Below, one piece after another: positions 7,964 through 16,327 of a stretch of 25,198 nt of DNA. The number at the start of each line of letters is the position of its first letter. Position 1 is the stretch's first letter. Origin of the DNA: a virus (taxonomy: Duplodnaviria; Caudoviricetes); IMG/VR virus record IMGVR_UViG_3300004241_000049, positions 1 through 25,198 of that record, one strand, 5' to 3'. The notes beneath the pieces are model-generated. The model did no database searches, had not been told where the DNA came from, and saw only the letters and a program-made list of their open reading frames with translations. A program made the translations under genes and the position numbers.

Positions 7964-9744
7964 GACAAGCTTATGCCCTCCTGCAGCGGATAGAAGCGCG
8001 GAACCCCGCCTATGGTGCGTAGCTCAAGCATGTGGTAAAGCCCTGTGTCCTTGTCTTTTGCATACCAGTCGGAACCGATTTGTATGATTGATCCAAAGGG
8101 GCTTGCGGTCGGTATGCTTATTGCGTTTGTGATTCCGCTTTCAATGACGCGCAGCCTTGAGCTCATAAAAGTTATCTCTACGCCGTTATTAAGAACGCCC
8201 TTGACAATAAGCCAAACATCGCCCGCAGGGAGCGCCCCCGTAAGAATCGGGAAGCTCGCATGGGTCGAGGCACCCGCCGCCCACTCTTCAAGGGTCAATG
8301 TTTGGTTGAGCTGAATTGTTGCGGTCTTGCGCTTTGAGGCTTCGTGCGACATTATGAGCTCGCCATCCGAGGCGGGGTAAAGTTCGCCATCGGCGGCTTT
8401 AAATATGAGCTTCAACCTGCTTAGCAAGTTGACGTCGGGAAGAGCGCCGTTGATAAAGAGCCCCAATTCAAACACCGCAACATCGCCCCTAAAAATCTCC
8501 GCAACGCTTTGCGTGTTTTTATCTATGGCGTAAATGCTCGGCTTCTTTGAGTCGCATTCCAAGCGCACCGTGCTGACCGCGCCCAAGACATCGGAGAGAG
8601 GAACGGAGGTATCCTCTCCGGGCTCTTCGACATCGTCTTCGGTCTCATCTATGACTTCGGTTACCGAGGTTGTAAAGTAGCCCATATCGCGGGCGTACTT
8701 ATACTCATAAACGCCGTTAGAAAATCTGTCTACGGGCATATTGGACGTATTGGCAAGGCGCAACTGAACCCAATATGTCTTACCCGCTTCGAGGACAGTA
8801 GTAGGTAAGTCTATCGTAAAGCTGTCAAGCAGCCCTGTTTTTTCGTCTTCGTCTTTATATGCTATATCTACGGGGGCTACGGCCTTTATAAACTTGTGGG
8901 TATCCGTGGTGCGCCCTTGCGTTTCAAAAATCAAAAATTGAAACGCCCCGCCCGTGGTCGAATCATCTTCCGTGCGGTGTATGTAAATAAATTCAGACGC
9001 ATACTTGTTCCCCGTAAAGGCATAGAAATACGCCTCTCTTGTTGAGCGCATCGTAAATTTTACGCGTGCGCCCTTTGACACGTCTACGTCAAGCGGCGTG
9101 TATCCGTTTTTTAAACGTATCGCTGAATTAACGGCATAAGCGCCTGCCGAGGGGGACGTCTGCCAATTTCTCGTTCCGGAGGAATCGAAAACCAACTTGG
9201 CCTCATAAAGCGTTGAGCTTGCGCCTTCATCAACGTAGACATATTCAAAGTCAGACACTAAAAGTTCGCCCGTTTTTAAAGGGGAGGCGGTCAAGTCCCA
9301 AGTGGGGGTGCCGACGGTTTTTGAGGTGATCTGCCTATATTTTACCTGCACAAAATAATTGTCAGCCGCCACCGCCCCCGATGGAATGTTGACCGCAAAC
9401 TTTTCGATATTCTTGTTGTTTGCGGCGCTAAACGTGATGTCGCTTAAATAAATGTCTTTTGCCCATACAAGCTCGCCCGCAACCCTATTTTTGTTGGGAT
9501 AGAGCTCAAAGCGCATCACGGGCTTGTCTTGTAAATTTACAAACTCCGTCAGGCTTGTGTAAGCCACGGTAAAGAGCGCAAGGTTGGTGTGGTTTGTGTG
9601 GCGCAGCGTGAAATTAACCGTGGCGTCTGCGGTATTGTTAATGTGCAAAATCTGCTTGGGCGCAGACTCAATGCGCACATAGTCGACGACTATATTGCCG
9701 CTTGCCGTCCCATTGTAATAAAGTCTTGCGTTGTAGGTAGACAT
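7960..9744 (-). CDS. Putative tail appendage/receptor-binding protein (594 aa): two repeated beta domains, acidic linker, adaptor-like domain
   Basis: Beta-rich and located in the tail module. Visible internal repeat, linker EVIDETEDDVEEPGED, and a C-terminal domain starting ...AEIFRGDVAVFELGLF reminiscent of BppU-type attachment domains. Confidence 0.6.
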   Translation of the reverse strand: MSTYNARLYYNGTASGNIVVDYVRIESAPKQILHINNTADATVNFTLRHTNHTNLALFTVAYTSLTEFVNLQDKPVMRFELYPNKNRVAGELVWAKDIYLSDITFSAANNKNIEKFAVNIPSGAVAADNYFVQVKYRQITSKTVGTPTWDLTASPLKTGELLVSDFEYVYVDEGASSTLYEAKLVFDSSGTRNWQTSPSAGAYAVNSAIRLKNGYTPLDVDVSKGARVKFTMRSTREAYFYAFTGNKYASEFIYIHRTEDDSTTGGAFQFLIFETQGRTTDTHKFIKAVAPVDIAYKDEDEKTGLLDSFTIDLPTTVLEAGKTYWVQLRLANTSNMPVDRFSNGVYEYKYARDMGYFTTSVTEVIDETEDDVEEPGEDTSVPLSDVLGAVSTVRLECDSKKPSIYAIDKNTQSVAEIFRGDVAVFELGLFINGALPDVNLLSRLKLIFKAADGELYPASDGELIMSHEASKRKTATIQLNQTLTLEEWAAGASTHASFPILTGALPAGDVWLIVKGVLNNGVEITFMSSRLRVIESGITNAISIPTASPFGSIIQIGSDWYAKDKDTGLYHMLELRTIGGVPRFYPLQEGISLS

Positions 9745-9745
9745 T

Positions 9746-10150
9746 TTAAATTTTGCTAAAAGTTGCGGACTTAAATTTGTAGGTCATGCTTAAATAAACC
9801 CCGACTTCCTCATCAATTTCATAGCCGAGGGGGCTTGCGCCCTTTGCCAAAAAGCTTTGGCCGTAATAATCTAGCGCCTCGACATCCCAGCTCGCTCCGT
9901 TTTTTGCCACAAGGGCAAGGAGGGCTTCGCGATGTTGACACTTGAATGCAGACACATCTTCAAGGGATGCAAAGAGCCTGTCGACGCGGACGGAAAATTC
10001 GCACCCCGCCCCTGCTCTAGACAATACTATGTCATCCTTCGCGCCCTTGGGGCGTATTGCCTCCGCCCCGAGCTCTAAAGAGGAAGGCAAAACCACCTCC
10101 AAAAAGTCGGGAGCGTCGGCAATTAAAAACTGTCCGCACTTAAGACGCAT
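9746..10150 (-). CDS. Hypothetical tail protein (134 aa), possibly distal-tail-like
   Basis: Tightly packed between the tail tube and appendage genes. Function inferred from size and position only. Confidence 0.5.
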   Translation of the reverse strand: MRLKCGQFLIADAPDFLEVVLPSSLELGAEAIRPKGAKDDIVLSRAGAGCEFSVRVDRLFASLEDVSAFKCQHREALLALVAKNGASWDVEALDYYGQSFLAKGASPLGYEIDEEVGVYLSMTYKFKSATFSKI

Positions 10151-10153
10151 TGA

Positions 10154-11104
10154 TTATTCGCCCTCCGGAGCGGCCTCCACCGTGCCTATTGTAAGCTTGG
10201 GGGTGCTTGCAGAGCTTGAAAGCGCGCGGAATTCCAATTCTCCGAATCTCTGCGCAGTGGCCGAGAATGTGAGCGTCTGATTGCCCGCGCATACGGCGGA
10301 AGTGAGTGTGAATTTGGGGTCTCCGACTTCACCTCCATAAATCTCAAGCGTCTTGCCTTGGGACTTAAGACTGCGCCCGCGCTTAACGCCGCCCGTGGGT
10401 ATGGCTATGGCGTCATACTGCGCTTGCGTTATGTTGACGGGCTTAAACTTTGCGACGATTTCAACACCGCCGAATATCATATCCCAAATGCCGACCCTGT
10501 CATTTTTAACTTCGGTGGTCTGCACGCTCGGCTCTATGCTTATGCCCTCTTCGCTCTCAAGCAAAACATCGCCATACTTGATATTGTAGGGAATTGAAAA
10601 TATCTTTGAATCCTGAAGCGCGGGCGGCGCGTAGGTTGCGCTTTCAACCGTGTAAAGCGCACTGTCGGAATCGTAGTCCGTTGCGCCGCTTGCGCGAAGC
10701 GCCGTGATTTCGACATCGCCGAGCAGGTCTTTTTCAACCCCCGCATTTATGGACGCGCTCTTGCTGACGGCGGTGCGCTTAAAAGTATAGCATTTGCCGT
10801 CCGCCGAATATATCTTGGTGTAGCGGTCTGTGGCACCAAAGAGCTGCGCGCCGCGCGTCATATTGAGCCACGGGAAGAGCGCTGAAATATTGTCCCATTC
10901 AAGCGGCGTAAATTTTATTACGGCCTTAACGCTTAAAAGGATTTCATCAAACTTGCCGATGTGGCTTGCGGTGCGTTCTTTGGTTGCTTTTTCTATCGAA
11001 ACGCTGATGTCTTCGCGCGATAAAAAGGTTGCGGTTTGCCCCGCGCCCGTGCCCCATTGGTGGACTGCGTAAGCGGGGCCTGCTATTATAATATTTTCGC
11101 TCAT
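10154..11104 (-). CDS. Major tail tube protein (316 aa, tandem two-domain)
   Basis: Follows the neck/terminator genes with strong SD AAGGA. N-terminus MSENIIIAGPA and beta-hairpin pattern typical of tube proteins; internal duplication. No sheath gene is seen. Confidence 0.75.
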   Translation of the reverse strand: MSENIIIAGPAYAVHQWGTGAGQTATFLSREDISVSIEKATKERTASHIGKFDEILLSVKAVIKFTPLEWDNISALFPWLNMTRGAQLFGATDRYTKIYSADGKCYTFKRTAVSKSASINAGVEKDLLGDVEITALRASGATDYDSDSALYTVESATYAPPALQDSKIFSIPYNIKYGDVLLESEEGISIEPSVQTTEVKNDRVGIWDMIFGGVEIVAKFKPVNITQAQYDAIAIPTGGVKRGRSLKSQGKTLEIYGGEVGDPKFTLTSAVCAGNQTLTFSATAQRFGELEFRALSSSASTPKLTIGTVEAAPEGE

Positions 11105-11117
11105 GGTTTTTCCTTGG

Positions 11118-11513
11118 TTAGATTGTGAAATTTATGCGCCATGCCAAAAAGGCATCGTTGTACTCAAGCTTGATTGCGTCTTCAGAAAGCTTTAAGGTTT
11201 GGCCGCCTATGCGTTTGTGGTGCAGAGCTTCGGCAACGCTCTCTATCGAGTCTAAATGCGCAAGCTCTGGGGTGCGCGACCTTGTGCAGCAGTAATAAAC
11301 CGCAACAAGCGCGTTATTTAAAAGCAAAGACGCATTGGCGTGGCGCGCCCCTGCGCCCTCAAGCTGCAAAACCAAAAATTCATCGCCGACATCCGCCGCA
11401 AAATATTCCTGAATATCGCGCACCACATCGGCGGTAAAGGCGTAGTCAAGCGGAATGCCTAGGGGTGTAAGAGCCTCTTTGACGCCTGTAAAAATGTCTT
11501 TTAATTTACTCAC
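11118..11513 (-). CDS. Putative tail terminator/completion protein (131 aa)
   Basis: Size, acidity, C-terminal strand AWRINFTI, and position immediately before the tail tube. Confidence 0.55.
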   Translation of the reverse strand: MSKLKDIFTGVKEALTPLGIPLDYAFTADVVRDIQEYFAADVGDEFLVLQLEGAGARHANASLLLNNALVAVYYCCTRSRTPELAHLDSIESVAEALHHKRIGGQTLKLSEDAIKLEYNDAFLAWRINFTI

Positions 11514-11790
11514 TTATTTCTATCTCCAAAAAAGTTTCATCTATGTGGCGGGCGCGCTTAACAAGCCGCCCCTGCCCCGATGCGTTATAAATGGTGTCGC
11601 CTTTTGAAGGCAGAAGCGGCAGGTCTGAGCGCAAGGCGCGCAAGATAACAATGTTTGGGTCTCCGTCCGCAAAATTTACCGTGGCAAATTGCCCGCTTTG
11701 GGCTATCGCCCTAAATTCAAAGCCGCCCCAAACCCAAGATGTGCCTTGCGTTTCGAGCAGCGCATTGAAGCCTTCTTCGATATGATTCAT
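11506..11790 (-). CDS. Putative head closure/head-tail joining protein (gpFII-like, 94 aa)
   Basis: Small beta protein with LPSKGDTI motif; located in the neck region with overlaps at both ends. Confidence 0.55.
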   Translation of the reverse strand: MNHIEEGFNALLETQGTSWVWGGFEFRAIAQSGQFATVNFADGDPNIVILRALRSDLPLLPSKGDTIYNASGQGRLVKRARHIDETFLEIEISE

Positions 11791-12626
11791 TTCTTTAACC
11801 CCGCTTTCTGTGCGGCCTCCGCCTGTTTGCGGTTTATGTATTGCCTCATGTCTTTTGTTACGTCGCTCAAAACCCTGTCTAAAATTCTGCGCGCTCCAGG
11901 CTTCTTCATGGTTGAAGTAAATACCCTAAGCCGAAATTCCGCGCCTCCGTCTTGAAAGTTGGCTATTGCATGAGATAAAGATGTGCCCGATTTATTTGCA
12001 TAGTTGACATATTCTTTGCCCGTCTGCGTGTATCTGCGCTTTGAGCCGGAGCCCCCGTATTTGCGACGCAACATCCCACAGAATTTTTTATAAAACTTAT
12101 CAAGAAAGGCGACTGCCGAGTAGCGCCGCGCAGCCTCGCGATACTTAAGCTCATAAGCCGCTTTAAGGGCTTGAGAATTTAAAACAATGCCGCCCAAATC
12201 TTTCTTAAGACTTGCGCCGGCAAGCTCTTTGTTCTTGGCCTTTCCGTAAATGCGCAAGCCCTTCTTTTTGCCCTTTGTTCCTATGTAAATGGGGGTAATG
12301 CGCAGCGCGCTTCCATCACCGCCCGATATGTTAAAAAGCCCGCTTTTGCTGCCCTTTAAAATGCTTGATGCGGCACTTGCCGCACGGCCTTTTACAAATA
12401 TACCTTCTCGGCGTATAAGCCCGATGCGCTCTTGAAAAATTGAGCCGCGCTTGGGCGCCAATCTCTCAAAGCGCTGATATGCGCCGTCAAAAGACCCGGA
12501 CATCCCCAAGATGAGTTGTTCGCCTTTTTGTATAACAATTTCGGCGGCGTTCTTCTTGCTTTGCAACGCATATTCATTCAACGTATCGTTGAACTTTTTA
12601 AGCGCATCTGTGCCCGTGTAGCTCAT
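11787..12626 (-). CDS. Basic neck/tail completion protein (279 aa)
   Basis: Very Lys/Arg-rich, with helical ends; located between cement and head-closure genes like lambda Z/HK97 gp10-type proteins. Confidence 0.5.
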   Translation of the reverse strand: MSYTGTDALKKFNDTLNEYALQSKKNAAEIVIQKGEQLILGMSGSFDGAYQRFERLAPKRGSIFQERIGLIRREGIFVKGRAASAASSILKGSKSGLFNISGGDGSALRITPIYIGTKGKKKGLRIYGKAKNKELAGASLKKDLGGIVLNSQALKAAYELKYREAARRYSAVAFLDKFYKKFCGMLRRKYGGSGSKRRYTQTGKEYVNYANKSGTSLSHAIANFQDGGAEFRLRVFTSTMKKPGARRILDRVLSDVTKDMRQYINRKQAEAAQKAGLKK

Positions 12627-12634
12627 ATTTTTTT

Positions 12635-12672
12635 AAAGAGAGGGGCGGCGGGGTTTGCCTACCGCCCCTCCC
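12635..12672 (-). terminator. Hairpin/weak intrinsic terminator after the capsid and cement genes
   Basis: Perfect 9-bp inverted repeat GAGGGGCGG (12640-12648) / CCGCCCCTC (12662-12670), followed by TCTTT on the minus strand. Confidence 0.65.
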
Positions 12673-12688
12673 CACATACAAACATAGC

Positions 12689-13075
12689 CTAGAACACAGC
12701 AGCTAAGGTTAATGTTGACGCGGAGCAGTCGCCGCCGGAAGCTTCGGGCGTGGCCACAAGCTTGATGTAGCGCAACGCCGTGGTGGGTATGCCTATGCGC
12801 TGGGTAAGCGCGTCAGAACCGTTGCCCGTCTTGCCCGTAAGCGTGAGCGAGGGTGCCCAAGGGGCGGCGGCAAAGCTGTCATTATCCGCGCTTTCTTGCA
12901 CGGCTATGACAATCTTTTTTGTTGCGACAAGAGCCGTGGTGGCCTCTGCGGCTACCTCAAGCTCTAAGTTCTGGTGCGCGCTTTGCAAATCGAGCGCGGC
13001 GGTTGATACCGCATTTGCATCGGCGGGCAATGCCGCTTCTGCGATGAGGTTTGAATCTTTTCTGCCTTTAAACAT
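12689..13075 (-). CDS. Capsid cement/decoration protein, BPP-1 Bbp16/epsilon15 gp10-like (128 aa; start reassigned to ATG 13075)
   Basis: MFKGRKD...STAALDL...VQESADNDSF...LRYIKL jelly-roll pattern directly after the capsid gene; SD-like GGAAAGG upstream. Confidence 0.65.
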   Translation of the reverse strand: MFKGRKDSNLIAEAALPADANAVSTAALDLQSAHQNLELEVAAEATTALVATKKIVIAVQESADNDSFAAAPWAPSLTLTGKTGNGSDALTQRIGIPTTALRYIKLVATPEASGGDCSASTLTLAAVF

Positions 13076-13089
13076 TTTTAAACCTTTCC

Positions 13090-14010
13090 TTATTCGTCGT
13101 TGCGGATTGCGTCCGTGGTAAATACGGGTATGCCCATAAAGTTGTCCACGTTCGCGTTTTCGTAAGCGGTGGTAAACTGCGCGGTTGCAGCCCCCGCAAC
13201 CAACTGACCCACCTTGGCGCGCTCTTCGAGCCACATTTGATGGGTCTGCGGATTCATAAATATGGCGTCGGGCTTGCCCGCGCGGGGGAACTTTGAGAGT
13301 AGTTCCGCCATCTTCTTTTGCGTTAAGCCCGTGGTGGGCGTTACGTTGTTTACGCAGCCGATAGAAAGCGTGTGGCCGACATAAAGACCGAGCCAAGCTT
13401 CCATGCCGCAAGAATATACCCAATGCGACTTATCGTCTTCATACTTTTTGGTGTAGCGCACTTCGTCAAGCGTGAGCGAGCTGCCCTTGCCCCCGCGAAG
13501 ACCCACGCCGTGCGGGCCCCTGTGGACAAACCAAACGGAGCTCTTGGTGTTGCCGGTGCCGCCCATGCTTACTTTCATGCCGCTTTTGCAAAGCTGCGTA
13601 AGCCCTCGGAAGCCCTTGGGGTCTGTGCCGTAGTATATTTGCTCGGCAAGGTTGATGAAGTCGCCCTGCAACAGCGTTGAGCCGTTTATAGCCAGCAGGT
13701 CGCCGAGGTTGGATTTGTCTTTGCTGACAAGCATTGAGTCAACCTCGATGTCCGACTGATAGGGGAAGCATTCGCACTCGGCCTGTTCGCCGTCCCACTT
13801 TGAGGCCGCAACGCCTTCGTTGATATTCCTGAACGCGCCGTGCGGGTATTTGTTTAAGCGCAAATACTTGAACTTTGTGTCAGGTATTGAAAGGAACGGG
13901 AGTTCCTGAATTTCGGGGCAATTCTTGATTGCCTCGTCGATGATTCCAATCGAGATGTCGTTGCCCTCAAGCTTTGCGGCATCTAACATGTTGATTACTT
14001 CTCTGGGCAT
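13090..14010 (-). CDS. Major capsid protein, HK97 fold, epsilon15 gp7/BPP-1-like (306 aa)
   Basis: ELPF...Y.R...P...FRNINEG, IEVD, IYYG.DPKGFRGL and C-terminal FMGIPVFTTDAI motifs; SD AAGGA; follows the protease/scaffold. Confidence 0.85.
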   Translation of the reverse strand: MPREVINMLDAAKLEGNDISIGIIDEAIKNCPEIQELPFLSIPDTKFKYLRLNKYPHGAFRNINEGVAASKWDGEQAECECFPYQSDIEVDSMLVSKDKSNLGDLLAINGSTLLQGDFINLAEQIYYGTDPKGFRGLTQLCKSGMKVSMGGTGNTKSSVWFVHRGPHGVGLRGGKGSSLTLDEVRYTKKYEDDKSHWVYSCGMEAWLGLYVGHTLSIGCVNNVTPTTGLTQKKMAELLSKFPRAGKPDAIFMNPQTHQMWLEERAKVGQLVAGAATAQFTTAYENANVDNFMGIPVFTTDAIRNDE

Positions 14011-14012
14011 GG

Positions 14013-14432
14013 TTATTCCTTTGCTTTAAGTTGTTTGTTGAAGCCCGCAGCCGCGCGCGCGATACCGTCCGCCTTCTTGGCGTCGGCGTCATCGGTCTGC
14101 TTGGCCTGAATCGGGGCGCGCCCGGGGGCGGCGTCGGGAATTGCGGCAAACAGCGCCTTGCCGCCGTCTGCGGTGGCCATTGCGGCGTTGACAAGGGCGT
14201 CTTTGCCCTCGGGCTTTACGCGCTTGGCGGCGATGAGCAAATCGACAGACGTCTCTATGCTTGCCTTGCGGGCGGCCTCCGCCTTTTGCTTTTCGGTTTC
14301 TGCGGCGGTTTTTGCGTCGGAAGCCGCCTTGTCCTTTTCGGCATCGGCAGCCTTGAGCGCCGCGATTTCCGCATCCTTGTCTTTTACAGAGGTCTCAAGT
14401 TCCTCCATTTTCTTTTTTTCTTCTTCGGTCAT
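14013..14432 (-). CDS. Nested in-frame scaffold protein (Mu gpZ/lambda Nu3-like, 139 aa)
   Basis: Strong internal SD GAAAGGA (14448-14442) 9 nt before in-frame ATG 14432 (MTEEEKKK), at the start of the coiled-coil half. Confidence 0.7.
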   Translation of the reverse strand: MTEEEKKKMEELETSVKDKDAEIAALKAADAEKDKAASDAKTAAETEKQKAEAARKASIETSVDLLIAAKRVKPEGKDALVNAAMATADGGKALFAAIPDAAPGRAPIQAKQTDDADAKKADGIARAAAGFNKQLKAKE

Positions 14433-14942
14433 GGTGGTTGTTCCTTTCGGGTTAAGCGTTGCCGCTATTTTTTCGATTGTTTGAAACGCGGGGATGTTGC
14501 AAAGCGCGCCTATCGCGCCCGGCCAATTAACGCCCCTCACTTCAAAAGTTTCTTTGTCCACAAAAAATTCGGGCGAAAAATACGAATACTCCTTATTTTC
14601 TACGGCCTCTTTGCCCGCCCTTGTCCAAGAGAGTTTGAGCCTTACACCGTCTTCCCAATATATTGACTCGGGAAAAGCTGCGGCGCGTCCGCCGAGATGG
14701 TCAAAATCCACGAAGGGGCGCGAAATCTCGCCCTTGTTAAAGAGCTCTAAAACTTCGGCAAGGCTCCCCTGTAAAACCTTTGCGGTCTCTTCTGTGATGA
14801 CCACTTTCAGCTCTACGGGGAAGTCGTTCAATGTGCAGTAAGCTACGTGCTCGCCAGCCGGTAGATATTCAATATTGTCTGGAGCCGCTGAGTCTTGTAG
14901 GGCTTTGACTGCGCTGAACTTTGCCTTTAAAAAATCTTTCAT
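14013..14942 (-). CDS. Prohead protease/scaffold, Mu gpI-like (309 aa)
   Basis: DFDH...AA, WTRAGKEAVENKEYSYFSPEF and GALCNIPA motifs of the Mu I protease family; Ala/Lys/Glu coiled-coil C-terminal half. Confidence 0.85.
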   Translation of the reverse strand: MKDFLKAKFSAVKALQDSAAPDNIEYLPAGEHVAYCTLNDFPVELKVVITEETAKVLQGSLAEVLELFNKGEISRPFVDFDHLGGRAAAFPESIYWEDGVRLKLSWTRAGKEAVENKEYSYFSPEFFVDKETFEVRGVNWPGAIGALCNIPAFQTIEKIAATLNPKGTTTMTEEEKKKMEELETSVKDKDAEIAALKAADAEKDKAASDAKTAAETEKQKAEAARKASIETSVDLLIAAKRVKPEGKDALVNAAMATADGGKALFAAIPDAAPGRAPIQAKQTDDADAKKADGIARAAAGFNKQLKAKE

Positions 14943-16327
14943 ACCGTTTCCTTTTCTTTTGGGGATAAACCCATTTTGAGGCGCAAATCCTGCATCTCTT
15001 TTTCTTCGCGGGCTATTTGCGCAAGCTCAGAACGCCAATCAAGGCCGCGCCTTGCGTAATGCTGTTCGCGGGACATAAGCCCCGCTTCCACGTCCGAGCG
15101 ATCGTTATTACCGTCACGCCCAGCGTCCACGCTCGCCTTGGGCGGGAATTGCCATTTTGTTTTGCGCCAATTTGCGGGGGCGTTTTTGATGACGCCCTTC
15201 GCAATATTAAAGCCGATTACGAATTCGTAAATTTCTTGAAACTGGCGGCTTATCATGCTCTGCCATTTCGAGATTACGCGCTCGGCTGTCATAAGGTCTC
15301 GGCGGGTATCGGCACCCCCCACTTTGTTGCCCAAAATTACCGACGGAGCTATGGCGGTTGAGTGGCAGCAGCTCTCAATCAGAAGCTGCATAAAGCCCTG
15401 CCATGCGGGGCTCGGTCTGTTATTTTGAAGCTCCACAAGGTCATCGCTTGTATTCAAAACCATTATTTTTGAACGGTCGGCTGCGCACTCTTTTGAAAGC
15501 TCTTCGTAATATTTTTTGCTTTCTTCAACCGTCATTCCTTCATCGCTGTTTCCCTTAAGCGCGTTGATGGGGTTTTCATCGTCTTCGCCGCCTACGCGCT
15601 TAACGGCAAGGGCACGCGCCGATAGCTCTTTGACGGACATTTTTTCATATTCGATGACGTCATCAATATCATGCATTGTGATGAGCGCCGATGAGGCCAC
15701 GGGAACGCCGCGATACTGGTTGAGGCGTTTGGGGAATGAGTGAAGTATGCAGTCGTTTAAATCGACAAGGACGGTGCTGTAGGGTTTTGTTTCATCAAGC
15801 ATTACGTGGTAGCCTAAGACCCTGCCGAGCGGGTCAAGCTCAACGCCGTCGGGCTTGAGCCATGACAGCCCAAGATTTTTTGCGACCGCATGAGACTCAA
15901 AACATTGCAGCCTGGGGGCACCGCCGTCCAAAACCTTTACGGTCAGGCAATCGCCGTCTATGAATATCGAGCGGCAGATAATGCCCTGCAAGGCCGTAAA
16001 ATCAAGTTCGCTTGTAATGTCGGGGTCTTTACACCAATCCGCCCAAACTGCGGCGGCGGCTTTATTAAATTCATCGTCATCCGTCTTGGGGCTTACACTA
16101 AGCCCCGAGCCTATTGTGAAGGCCACAAGGCGCTCAATTATCAGTGTATAGATCGGCGAGTTTTCATAAAAATATCTGCTCTTTGAAATGAGTTTTTTAC
16201 GCGTCCATGCGGTGTTGTCGCGCGTTGAATTTTGAACGGGGTTCGCAATTATTGAGCGAGAGACGCCCTCTTTAACCGCCTGATAAGACGCCTTGACGCG
16301 CTTGAAGAAATTGCCGAAGAGCGTCAT
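14939..16327 (-). CDS. Portal protein, lambda family (start reassigned to ATG 16327)
   Basis: SRYFYENSP...IGSGL, DGD, GVELDPLGRVLGYHV, NQYRGVP, and terminal GLMSREQHYARRGLDWRSELAQIARE motifs of lambda gpB-type portals; ATGA overlap at 16327-16324. Confidence 0.9.
   Translation of the reverse strand: MTLFGNFFKRVKASYQAVKEGVSRSIIANPVQNSTRDNTAWTRKKLISKSRYFYENSPIYTLIIERLVAFTIGSGLSVSPKTDDDEFNKAAAAVWADWCKDPDITSELDFTALQGIICRSIFIDGDCLTVKVLDGGAPRLQCFESHAVAKNLGLSWLKPDGVELDPLGRVLGYHVMLDETKPYSTVLVDLNDCILHSFPKRLNQYRGVPVASSALITMHDIDDVIEYEKMSVKELSARALAVKRVGGEDDENPINALKGNSDEGMTVEESKKYYEELSKECAADRSKIMVLNTSDDLVELQNNRPSPAWQGFMQLLIESCCHSTAIAPSVILGNKVGGADTRRDLMTAERVISKWQSMISRQFQEIYEFVIGFNIAKGVIKNAPANWRKTKWQFPPKASVDAGRDGNNDRSDVEAGLMSREQHYARRGLDWRSELAQIAREEKEMQDLRLKMGLSPKEKETV

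Noticed and set aside
6804-9744. Diversity-generating retroelement or invertible tail-fibre cassette
   Set aside because: No reverse transcriptase or invertase in the window, and no near-identical DNA repeat pair seen; the paralogy is old and visible only at protein level.
10154-11513. Contractile tail, tailocin or gene transfer agent
   Set aside because: No sheath or baseplate wedge genes recognised, and the element has its own replication genes and an att scar.
13076-13423. N-terminal extension of the 244-aa ORF 12689-13423 as a capsid frameshift fusion
   Set aside because: It overlaps the capsid gene out of frame with Arg-rich junk. The cement gene has its own SD and ATG at 13075, and I saw no convincing slippery site at the capsid 3' end.
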